Shown here in pieces: positions 31,523 through 40,253 of a stretch of 64,000 nucleotides of DNA. Below the pieces are notes generated by a model. It had not been told where the DNA came from, searched no databases, and saw only the letters and a list, made by a program, of their open reading frames with translations. The stretch is from a virus. Position numbers and translations under genes: made by a program. How positions within the stretch are numbered: the stretch's first letter is position 1; the number at the start of each line of letters is the position of its first letter. Where the stretch lies: IMG/VR virus record IMGVR_UViG_3300025530_000002, one strand, 5' to 3'.

Positions 31523-33472
31523 GTGAGCTACACCGATCCGCTGCGGATCTACCTGCACGGAGACAAGGAGAAGGCCAAGCAGTTCGTCCGTGAGGCGCGC
31601 CGCTTGGCCTTCTTGCTGCTCCGGCAGACCACCGAGTCCGGGGCGACGACGGCGCGCCGCCGGTGGCAGTCTGCGGACGGCACTACGGTGGAGGTCATCA
31701 TCATCCCCGGCCAGGTGACGGCCATCATCACGGCTCCGTCGGTCGGCAAGAAGGCCGAGCGCAAGTTCGAGGACTTCGTTGTCTGGGCGCGCACCCAGGC
31801 CCTGCCGGACGGTATCGACCCGGACCATCCGCAGCAGATCCTGCGTCCGGCCTGGAAGACGTTCTTCTACGACGACCAGATCCCGCTGTACGCGGATTTC
31901 GGCCGGCCCAAGGGCACATATCGGCTCAACCCGGACGGCACCGCGCTGTTCCCGGACGGCATCACCCACGCTGGCAACATCGACTGGCGTGGGCCGAACA
32001 AAGAGCGGCTGAGCTGGTACGGGCCGATTTCCCGTTACTGGTACGACGCCTGGCGTCAACCTTCGGCCCAATACGGCAAGTTCGTCTTCCACCTGGGGCA
32101 GGTGCTGTTGGACGTGGCGCAGTTCCAGATCGACAACGAGGAGGTCTGGGACGAGCAGCTGGTGCTCGGGGCATGTGTGCGCGAGCACGAGGACGGCCGG
32201 TGGCTGTACGTGGTCCTGGCGGACATCCCCGACCAGGTGACCCCGGTGGTCTCGCTGGAGCCCAGAGAAATATACTTTTCCCAGAACTACCCCTTGGGCG
32301 ACATCATCCACGCGGTGCGGCGCATTCGACTGACCCGCGACACGGACACCCAGGAGGCGCAGAAGTGGCGGCTGTTTGGCGGTTCGCAGCTGCTCTGGCG
32401 GGCGAGCATCCCCCGCGCCTGTTCGCCCTGGATGTTCAGTCCGGACGGGCGCACGGCCTACACCGTGGCCCAGGATGCCACGCCGTTTTGTGTGTTCACC
32501 GACCTGCTGTCCGAGGAGCTTTTTTCCGCCCCGCCAGCCAGTTCGGAGCTGTACCGCATCCAGATCGCGGAGGACGGTACGGTCTCGGGCGAGGGCTGGT
32601 CAACCAGCATCCCGGCCGGCGCCGGCGAGGCCGTCGTGGCCATGGACTTCGCCGCCGACGGGGCCGAGCTGCCGGTCTATCTGGGGCGCGGGCCGGTGGA
32701 GCAGTCGCCCCACGGGATCTACTTGCGGGTAGGGGGCACCCGATTCCCGCTGTACTTCAAGACCAACCCACCCTCCGGCGACTTCACCGACAGCAGCGCA
32801 CAATGCGCCATCGTACTGTTCGACGCGCGCGAGCGCTTTCTGGTGACCCGGCGCCTGCAGCGCTCGTGGAACCGCCAGGTCCAGCCCAGCACGGTGCACG
32901 CGGGAACGTTCGTGGAGATCTACTGCAACGGGCAGTACCAGCGTGAGCTGGTCGGCGAGGAGCAAGGCCCCGGAACCGGGGCTGCGCGCTTTGATCGGGC
33001 AGTCGGGGCACTGGAGTCGACGGCGACGGAGCCGGTCGGGCCGCTGTGCTGGCTATGGATGATGATCGTCCAAAGTACGCCCGTGCAAAACTGGCTGCAT
33101 CGGACCGGGCTGACCGCGAGCAACCAGGACGTGCCGTTCGCCAAGGCGGACGTGTTCGGACAGTGGGGATTTGGAGGGCCGGCTGGCGCCGACTCCATCC
33201 CGATCGCCGACGATGCCGTGGACGGGTTCTTCAACACCCGGACCGACGCCCATGGCCACCGTTCACCCGCCGCCGGGGCCGCCGTGGACGGGGTCTACGT
33301 GCTGTCGATCTACCACCCGCTGGCCATATACGGGGACCAGTACGGGCGCGCGGACGAAAGCTACCACGCAGTATCCGGCAGCGATCTTCGGGCATTGACG
33401 GGTGTACAGGGCGCCAAAGAGCGCTATCATCCCATCTGGGTTTTGGGCCAGCCTATCGGTGGAGAAGCCTGA
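31523..33472 (+). CDS. Hypothetical virion structural protein (649 aa)
   Basis: GTG start 2 nt after the upstream stop. Confidence 0.7.
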   Translation: MSYTDPLRIYLHGDKEKAKQFVREARRLAFLLLRQTTESGATTARRRWQSADGTTVEVIIIPGQVTAIITAPSVGKKAERKFEDFVVWARTQALPDGIDPDHPQQILRPAWKTFFYDDQIPLYADFGRPKGTYRLNPDGTALFPDGITHAGNIDWRGPNKERLSWYGPISRYWYDAWRQPSAQYGKFVFHLGQVLLDVAQFQIDNEEVWDEQLVLGACVREHEDGRWLYVVLADIPDQVTPVVSLEPREIYFSQNYPLGDIIHAVRRIRLTRDTDTQEAQKWRLFGGSQLLWRASIPRACSPWMFSPDGRTAYTVAQDATPFCVFTDLLSEELFSAPPASSELYRIQIAEDGTVSGEGWSTSIPAGAGEAVVAMDFAADGAELPVYLGRGPVEQSPHGIYLRVGGTRFPLYFKTNPPSGDFTDSSAQCAIVLFDARERFLVTRRLQRSWNRQVQPSTVHAGTFVEIYCNGQYQRELVGEEQGPGTGAARFDRAVGALESTATEPVGPLCWLWMMIVQSTPVQNWLHRTGLTASNQDVPFAKADVFGQWGFGGPAGADSIPIADDAVDGFFNTRTDAHGHRSPAAGAAVDGVYVLSIYHPLAIYGDQYGRADESYHAVSGSDLRALTGVQGAKERYHPIWVLGQPIGGEA

Positions 33473-33942
33473 TGGCGACGCTGACCTCTACGGGCTACCG
33501 AACGGCGATTCTGGGCGGTACCGCGTTTGTCGACATCTTCAAGTACGGGTGCATCGAGGTGCGCACCGGGCCGCAGCCGGCCACGGCAGACGACGCCGCC
33601 ACCGGCACCCTGATCGCGCGCATCACCGCCAACGGGGGCGCCTGGACGGCCGGCTCGCCCACCAACGGCCTGCGCTTCCTCCAGGACGGGCCGCGCATCG
33701 TCAACGATCCGGTCGAGCCGTGGGTGCTCAAAGGTGAGGCTACCGGCGAGGCCGGCTGGTTCCGCCTGGTGGGCAACACGCCCGACGATGGGCAGTTCTC
33801 GCTGACTGCCCCGCGCATCGACGGTACGATCGGACTGCTGTCCGACACGACCGACATCCAGCTGTTCCTGCCGACGGTCTCGATCACCCCTGCCACTTCC
33901 ATCGTCGTACCGTACTGGTGGTACGGCCTCCCGCCACTGTGA
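33472..33942 (+). CDS. Hypothetical virion protein, 156-aa tandem paralogue A
   Basis: ATG at 33472 overlaps the upstream TGA. GCIEVRTGPQPATADDAATG is similar to GFLYIYAGPVPADATEAL of the next gene. Confidence 0.6.
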   Translation: MATLTSTGYRTAILGGTAFVDIFKYGCIEVRTGPQPATADDAATGTLIARITANGGAWTAGSPTNGLRFLQDGPRIVNDPVEPWVLKGEATGEAGWFRLVGNTPDDGQFSLTAPRIDGTIGLLSDTTDIQLFLPTVSITPATSIVVPYWWYGLPPL

Positions 33943-33951
33943 GGTACTGCT

Positions 33952-34422
33952 ATGTCCATCACTGCCACTCTTGCCACCGCTGCGCTGCTGGAAATCAAGA
34001 ACGCGCTGGACGGCGGCTTCCTGTACATCTATGCCGGGCCGGTGCCTGCTGACGCGACCGAGGCGCTGGACATGGTGTCGAGTCACACCGAGCTGGTGGT
34101 GCTCTCGGTGGACGGCGACGGCGTGACCGGTTTGACGTTCGACTCGCCGGTCGGTAGCACGCTGCCCAAGAGTTCGGGCGAGGTCTGGAAGGGCACCATT
34201 GCTTTCGACGGCGCCGAGGCCGCCGAGACCGATCTGACGCCGACCTTCTTCCGCTTCTGTGCCGCCGGCGACGATGGCCGCGGTGACGGCACCGGACTGG
34301 TGCGTATCCAAGGCTCGGTCGGCGGCCCGACCTCGGGCGCGCAGATGGTGCTGGGAACGGCCACGCTGACGTCCGGCAACGAGCAGGTCGTTTCGATCTT
34401 CAACGTGACCCTGACTGGCTGA
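33952..34422 (+). CDS. Hypothetical virion protein, 156-aa tandem paralogue B
   Basis: Same length as 33472..33942 and a similar motif order. Confidence 0.6.
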   Translation: MSITATLATAALLEIKNALDGGFLYIYAGPVPADATEALDMVSSHTELVVLSVDGDGVTGLTFDSPVGSTLPKSSGEVWKGTIAFDGAEAAETDLTPTFFRFCAAGDDGRGDGTGLVRIQGSVGGPTSGAQMVLGTATLTSGNEQVVSIFNVTLTG

Positions 34423-34423
34423 G

Positions 34424-35203
34424 ATGCTGCTCAAGCCGCCCGAGAGCATTTACCACCCCGGCACTCCGGGCACCGCCGGCACCCCGGAGCAGCCGGCGAT
34501 CCCCGAGCGCACGGTGTGTGGCTACGTGGGCGGGGTGACCGAGACGGTGCGCATCTGCAGCACTGTGCGCCTGTGGGCGCCGGCCTCCGGCATCTGGAGT
34601 GTAGCGTTGCCGCCAGGCACAGAGTGGTACACGTACGGCGAGGAGAACGGCCGCGCTTACGTGGACTGCTACGTGTGCCGCACCGAGACCCGATACACGG
34701 TGCCGCCCACGTACTCCTGCGTGACGTATCCGGCGGTGCCGTACAGGCCGGCCACTCCGCCGACGCCGCCGACGCCGCCCTGGGTCGAGAGCCGTCCGCG
34801 CTTCGGTTGGGACGCCGGTGCCAACAGCCGGCAGGAGCTGGATGGGGACGTGTTCGTGCGGTTCACGCAGCCGGTCGTCGTGGGGGTGGTGACCGGGTTC
34901 ACCCACAACCCCGATGCGGTACCCGACCCGACCCGCATCTCGCACGGGTTCTACTTCTACACCGACGCCGAACGCGGGCAGTCGTACGTGCAGGTGTATG
35001 AAGCGGGTATCACCCGCGGCGGGCGGATGGTGCACTACCCGGAGGACGAGTTCCGCATCCAGCGGGTCAAAGGCGAAGTGTCGTATTGGTGTGGCGGCGA
35101 GCGCGTGTACACATCCGCGACCCCCAGCACGGGGCCGGTGCGGGTGGGTACCAGCCTGTTCGCCACGGGCGACCAGGTCCCGACTGCGAAGGTCAGAGTA
35201 TGA
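34424..35203 (+). CDS. Hypothetical virion structural protein
   Basis: 259-aa ORF. Confidence 0.65.
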   Translation: MLLKPPESIYHPGTPGTAGTPEQPAIPERTVCGYVGGVTETVRICSTVRLWAPASGIWSVALPPGTEWYTYGEENGRAYVDCYVCRTETRYTVPPTYSCVTYPAVPYRPATPPTPPTPPWVESRPRFGWDAGANSRQELDGDVFVRFTQPVVVGVVTGFTHNPDAVPDPTRISHGFYFYTDAERGQSYVQVYEAGITRGGRMVHYPEDEFRIQRVKGEVSYWCGGERVYTSATPSTGPVRVGTSLFATGDQVPTAKVRV

Positions 35204-36666
35204 GCATCGAGTTCGCCCCGCTCGACACAGCGCAGTACGACGGGTCGGCGTGGCTCACGTTCCGGCTGAAGGTCCAGGCCCTGTACGATGTGCCGGCGGG
35301 CTCTGGCGTCTGTACGGTGCCCCTGACCCTGGGTCTGTTGGCGCAGGGTGATTCGCAGGGACAGGCGGAAGATCCGAACATCCCCGGCGCCGCCCTGGTG
35401 ACGCTTTCGCTGGGGGTGCAGGCCCAGGGGCATACGGTGGCAGACGGCGCGGCCGACGTGACGCTGTCCGTGGGGACGTTCAGCACCGACGGGGTCTTCG
35501 CCAACGTGCCGCTGCGGCTGGGCGTCAACGCCTGGGCGCCGCCTCCGGACGGGTACCCGTACTTCTTCTTGAGCGAGGCGCCGCCCTGGATGTACGGCAC
35601 GGGCGGGGCCTGGTACACCGACATGGAAGAAGGGCTGCGGCTGGGCGCCGACGTCGACACTGTGGTGGTCGCGCTGGTCCAGTCGATCTTGCAGCTGGAA
35701 GCGGCGCCGTTGCCGCTGATGATCTTCGCCGAGACGGTCCAGGACAACCTGGTCATGCGCGAGGCGGTGTCGTTGATCTTCGCCCGGGAGGTGCTGTCCG
35801 ACATCACCCTGGCGTCCGACACCGAAACGCTGTTGACCCAGGTTGTGGCGGTGGTCGACCAGCTGTTGCTGCAGGACGAGTACCTGCCCGTGCAAAGTGC
35901 GCTGGTGACGGTGCTGGCGGCGCTGGCCCTGCGCGACACCGCCGTGCCGGTGCTGCAGCAGGAGGTCCAAGCCGCCCTGGCCCTGGACGAGGAGGTGACT
36001 CGCGCCCTGCTGGCGGCGGTCGAGGTCATCTCGGATCTGGCGCTGGCTGACGAGGCCCCGCACTCGGCGGTGATGTTCGCCCTGGCGGCGTCTGACATGG
36101 AGCTGCTGTCCCAGGTCGAGCGCAACCTGGTCGCGCTGGTCGAGCTGCTGGACAACCTGGAGCTGGGTGTTCGGCTGCGGGTCGGCAAAGAAGTTTACGC
36201 CGGCTACGTGGTCAATCTGGCGCGCGGGGCCGTGACCGAGTACGAGAACTACAACTTCAACTCGCTGGCCATGATCGGCGGCAAGCCGTTCGGTGCCGGC
36301 GAGGAAGGCGTGTACCTGCTGCAAGGCGACGATGATGACGGTGCGCCCATCGACGCCTATGTGCGCACCGGCGCCCTGAACTTCGGTTCGCTGACCAAGG
36401 TCCTGAATGGCTACATCGGCGTGAAAGCGGACGGCACGGTGCTGATGAAGGTCATCACCCGTGACGGCGGCGTGAAGAAGGAAAACTGGTACCGCATGAA
36501 ACGGCGTCCGACTGGCGAAACTGTCGAGACCCGCTTCGACATCGCCAAGGGCCTGACCAGCACCTACTGGCAGTGGGAGCTGGCCAACGAGGACGGCGCA
36601 TACTTTGAGCTAGACTTCGTCAAGGTCTGGCCGTTGCGCCTGACCCGTCGGTATTCCGGGAGGTAA
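35200..36666 (+). CDS. Hypothetical virion structural protein (488 aa)
   Basis: ATG at 35200 in an ATGA overlap. Confidence 0.7.
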   Translation: MSIEFAPLDTAQYDGSAWLTFRLKVQALYDVPAGSGVCTVPLTLGLLAQGDSQGQAEDPNIPGAALVTLSLGVQAQGHTVADGAADVTLSVGTFSTDGVFANVPLRLGVNAWAPPPDGYPYFFLSEAPPWMYGTGGAWYTDMEEGLRLGADVDTVVVALVQSILQLEAAPLPLMIFAETVQDNLVMREAVSLIFAREVLSDITLASDTETLLTQVVAVVDQLLLQDEYLPVQSALVTVLAALALRDTAVPVLQQEVQAALALDEEVTRALLAAVEVISDLALADEAPHSAVMFALAASDMELLSQVERNLVALVELLDNLELGVRLRVGKEVYAGYVVNLARGAVTEYENYNFNSLAMIGGKPFGAGEEGVYLLQGDDDDGAPIDAYVRTGALNFGSLTKVLNGYIGVKADGTVLMKVITRDGGVKKENWYRMKRRPTGETVETRFDIAKGLTSTYWQWELANEDGAYFELDFVKVWPLRLTRRYSGR

Positions 36667-36669
36667 TTC

Positions 36670-38616
36670 ATGGCTGTTCTTGCCCCAGGCGCGTACGTCA
36701 CCCCGGCCTCGCCGCTGGTGGTCGAGCAGATGTCGCGGCTGAACAACCACGCCGACCACCTGCTGAACCGGACGGAAAACGTCGTCAACAACATCCTGAA
36801 CCTGCGGTTCAGCAACGTAGACCTGGACCCCCGGTTCCAGTTCTCGCAGGATGATCTCAACGCCCTGCTGAACCAGCTCGGCCCGCTTCCGGACGTGGAG
36901 ATGGCCGACTGGACGGCCGGTCTGGACCTGTCGGCGGGCAACGAGAATTTCGTGTTCAACCCGCTGCTCCTGCAGCGCCTGCAGGAGCGCTTCGGCGACC
37001 TGCTGGAGCTGCCGCAGCCGCCGGAAGCCCCGCCGCAGCCGCCTGCGCCGCCCGACCCGGTCGACTTGCCGGACATCCTGCCGCCGCAGAAGCCGGTGCT
37101 GGAGAACTACCAGGCGCCGCAGATCGACACCAACATCCCGGTGCCGCAGTACGAGGACGCCACCGCCGAGGTGCCGTTCCCGACGCTGCGCCCGATCGAG
37201 CTGCCGCCGGTCCCCCAGATCAACCTGGATGACATCACGTTCCAGGGAGTTCCGCCTGTTTTCGAGGGAGTTCCCCCCGATATCGCGGACTTCAGCTTCA
37301 CTCCGGACACCTACACGGCGAAGTTCATCCCGCAGGTCGAGCAGGCGCTCAATCGCATGTTCGCCGGCGGCACGGGGCTGCCGCCCGAGGTCGAGGACGC
37401 GCTGTTTGAGCGCGCCCGCGAGCGCGAGGTCGAACTGGGCGAGCGCGAGGTCGACCAGATTCAGAACGAGTGGGCGGCGCGCGGGCACCGTTACCCGGCC
37501 GGGCCGATGCACCGTCGGGTGGACCTGGTGCGCAAGGAGGTCAGCTACAAGGTCAGCCAGCTCAACCGTGAACAGTTCATCGAGCACTGGCGAATCCATA
37601 TCGAGCAGCTGCGTCAGGCCCTGACCACGGCCCTGGCCGCTGAGGACGTGCTGCTGCGCGTGTTCAGCCAGGCCGAGGAGCTGCGCTTCCAGGCGGCGCA
37701 GTTCCGCCTGCAGATGGCCATCCAGATTTTCAACGCGTTTGTCGCCAAGTACCAGGCGGATGCGTCGCTGTTCCAGGTCCAGGCCCAGGTGTACCGCGAC
37801 CGTATCCAGGCCGAGATGGCCAAGCTGGAGGCGTTCAACGCCCAACTGCGCGGCCAGCAGCTGATCGGCGAGCTGAACATGCAGGACGTGCAGATCTTCG
37901 CCGAGCGGCTGCGCGCCCTGCAGGTCAACGTCGAGGTGTACAAGGCCCGGGTCGAGGCGTTTGCGGCCCAGCATGAGGCCCTGCGCACCCAGGTCAGCCT
38001 GTACCGGAGCCAGTTGGAGAACAATCTGCAGCTGGTCAACGTCTACGAGGCCGAAACCCGGGCCTTTGCCGAGATGGTCCGGGCCCAGACCGCCAAGGAG
38101 GAGCGGTTCCAGACCAAGGCGGCCATCTACGGGCGGCAGATCGAGGCGTGGCGGACCCTGTACCAGGGGCTGATGGAGCAGTACAACGCCCAGCTGGAGC
38201 TGCAGCGCCTGAAGCGGGACATCTACGCGGCTGACTCCGAGCGCTTGGGCCAGTGGGCCAGCGCCGAGTCCGCGCGCATCCGGGCCCTGACCGACAAGTA
38301 CCAGGCCATTGCGACGGAGATCGGCGCACGTTCGGAGGCAGAACGCACCAAATACCAGCTGTATCTGGCGGTTGCCCAGGCCGCCCTGGAGCGGTATCGT
38401 GCGGCTGCGGACATCCTGTTGAAGAATGCCGAGGTCAACATCCAGTCCGGCCTGACGGCGCAGAGCCTGTACCTGCGGGCGCAGGAGACTGGCGCGACCA
38501 CCCTGGCCCAGCTGGCCGCCGGCATGACCAGCGCTGCGGGCATCCAGGCGTCGATCAGCGACAGCTCCGACTCCAGCATCAGCTACAACTTCAGCGGCGA
38601 GCTTGACGTCGTATGA
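36670..38616 (+). CDS. Virion internal/ejection protein candidate (648 aa)
   Basis: Pro-rich N-terminal third, then about 400 aa of Q/A/E/R-rich helical repeats. Confidence 0.6.
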   Translation: MAVLAPGAYVTPASPLVVEQMSRLNNHADHLLNRTENVVNNILNLRFSNVDLDPRFQFSQDDLNALLNQLGPLPDVEMADWTAGLDLSAGNENFVFNPLLLQRLQERFGDLLELPQPPEAPPQPPAPPDPVDLPDILPPQKPVLENYQAPQIDTNIPVPQYEDATAEVPFPTLRPIELPPVPQINLDDITFQGVPPVFEGVPPDIADFSFTPDTYTAKFIPQVEQALNRMFAGGTGLPPEVEDALFERAREREVELGEREVDQIQNEWAARGHRYPAGPMHRRVDLVRKEVSYKVSQLNREQFIEHWRIHIEQLRQALTTALAAEDVLLRVFSQAEELRFQAAQFRLQMAIQIFNAFVAKYQADASLFQVQAQVYRDRIQAEMAKLEAFNAQLRGQQLIGELNMQDVQIFAERLRALQVNVEVYKARVEAFAAQHEALRTQVSLYRSQLENNLQLVNVYEAETRAFAEMVRAQTAKEERFQTKAAIYGRQIEAWRTLYQGLMEQYNAQLELQRLKRDIYAADSERLGQWASAESARIRALTDKYQAIATEIGARSEAERTKYQLYLAVAQAALERYRAAADILLKNAEVNIQSGLTAQSLYLRAQETGATTLAQLAAGMTSAAGIQASISDSSDSSISYNFSGELDVV

Positions 38617-38759
38617 CCCGCCCAAACGACCGCGTCGTCTATACTCCGCTGCGCCTGCAGAACCAGGCGCGGCAGCAGAGCCGGCAGGCCCAGCTGGAGG
38701 CCCGCCGCCTGGCCCATTCCGTCCGCCCGGAGAAGAAACATGGCCGTCGACTTCCGTAG
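38613..38759 (+). CDS. Small basic protein (48 aa, below the ORF-track cutoff)
   Basis: ATG at 38613 in an ATGA overlap with the upstream stop. MTRPNDRVVYTPLRLQNQARQQSRQAQLEARRLAHSVRPEKKHGRRLP. Confidence 0.4.
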   Translation: MTRPNDRVVYTPLRLQNQARQQSRQAQLEARRLAHSVRPEKKHGRRLP

Positions 38760-39012
38760 TGCGTTCGCGGGGCGTCCGTCTTTGCGGAGGGCGCTGCAGG
38801 CTTTGGATGACTCTGGACAAGCGGCGTTCGCCGCGTCTGTGGCGGACGTGGACCCGCTCCGGTTCAAGAGCCTGTACCGCGACCGGGCGCGCCAGTTCTT
38901 GGACAGGCGGCGCGCGCTGAACCGTACGCTATTCCGAGACCAGCTGGAGCAGCAGCGGCAGCTGGAGCGCGAGGACTACCTGCGCCGTAACTTCAATATC
39001 ATGGGCGGATGA
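38740..39012 (+). CDS. Hypothetical virion protein (90 aa)
   Basis: ORF in the structural operon. Confidence 0.55.
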   Translation: MAVDFRSAFAGRPSLRRALQALDDSGQAAFAASVADVDPLRFKSLYRDRARQFLDRRRALNRTLFRDQLEQQRQLEREDYLRRNFNIMGG

Positions 39013-39025
39013 GATAGGGGCACGT

Positions 39026-40249
39026 ATGGCGACCGATCCGTTCAACGACAACGAGACCAAAGGCCGGCTCCGGCGCCCGGTGGACGCCACTGCGGCGCCG
39101 CAGGGCTTCTATCCCATGACGCCGGGCGCCTTCAACACGCCCCCGCAGGCCGCGCCGACGGTGCAGCTGCGCAGCCAGCGGGATGCGGAGGCGTCGCGCC
39201 CGCAGCTCCGGCGTCCAGAGGTGCGCCTGGTCGAACCGACGCCGCCGAACTTCGAGAACGCGGGGGAGCGGCGGCGGGCCGGGGTGACCCGCATCGTACG
39301 TACTGCTCCGGGCGTGTACACGGACGACCCGTACGCCGAGGGCGAAGTCCGCTACTACGGCGCTTTGGGCGATCGCGTGGACGTGCCCCAGATGCCGTCC
39401 GGAGTGACGACCAACACCACCCCGGAGCAGTTCTACCAGGCCCAGCGCGCCTCGGCGTTCGACGTGACGACCCCCGAAGGGGCGTGGCGCGCGGCTGGCA
39501 ACGCCGAACGTCAACGCCGGACTCTGGGGCGTATGCTGGCCGACCAGGCGGCTATCGCGGCCGGCCAGGACCCGAGCAACCCGCGCGGGCTTGAGTGGGT
39601 GCCGGACCCGACCAACCCGGACCGCTACACGGTCTTGTCGCGGGAGCAGCGCGAGGCGGCCGACCCTGCCTTGGCGGCCGCCCGGGCGAGGGGCCAGAGC
39701 GGTCCGGACCTGGGCGACCTGATCGCGTTTTTGCGCCTGCAGATGGACGCACAGAACAACGCGGCCAACCAGCAGCTGCGCGAGCGCGCGCTTCAGCGAA
39801 TGGAGGCTGAGAGCCTGTCGCGGCGGTTCCGCGACAACCCCTCGGCGTTCGTGCGCGAGGAGCTGGGTGCGCTGCGCACGGCCGCGCCGGAAGAGCGTGC
39901 CGCGTATTTCTCGTCCCCGCGTGGGCAGTTCGTCCGTTCGCTGATCGACGACCAGGCCCGACGCGCCTACACCCGCAACGCACGCGGCGTGGCCGGCCTT
40001 TTCGCCACGCCGCCCGAGTCGGTCGCCGAGCTGCGGCGCGCCAGCCGTCTGGAACGAGCGCTCCCGTTGATGTCCCCGGCCATCGGCCTGCTGGGCGGTG
40101 CTACGCCGCTGGACTTCTTCCGGTCGCGGTACGTGACCGCCCGAGACCCGCTGCAGCGTGGCGTCTCGCTGGAGGACATGGGCCTGACTCCGGGCGATGC
40201 GTGGGTGCTGGACCTCCTGGCGGACCTGGATATCAACAGCGGACGGTGA
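39026..40249 (+). CDS. Hypothetical virion/ejection protein (407 aa)
   Basis: ORF immediately upstream of the giant gene. Confidence 0.65.
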   Translation: MATDPFNDNETKGRLRRPVDATAAPQGFYPMTPGAFNTPPQAAPTVQLRSQRDAEASRPQLRRPEVRLVEPTPPNFENAGERRRAGVTRIVRTAPGVYTDDPYAEGEVRYYGALGDRVDVPQMPSGVTTNTTPEQFYQAQRASAFDVTTPEGAWRAAGNAERQRRTLGRMLADQAAIAAGQDPSNPRGLEWVPDPTNPDRYTVLSREQREAADPALAAARARGQSGPDLGDLIAFLRLQMDAQNNAANQQLRERALQRMEAESLSRRFRDNPSAFVREELGALRTAAPEERAAYFSSPRGQFVRSLIDDQARRAYTRNARGVAGLFATPPESVAELRRASRLERALPLMSPAIGLLGGATPLDFFRSRYVTARDPLQRGVSLEDMGLTPGDAWVLDLLADLDINSGR

Positions 40250-40253
40250 ATCG

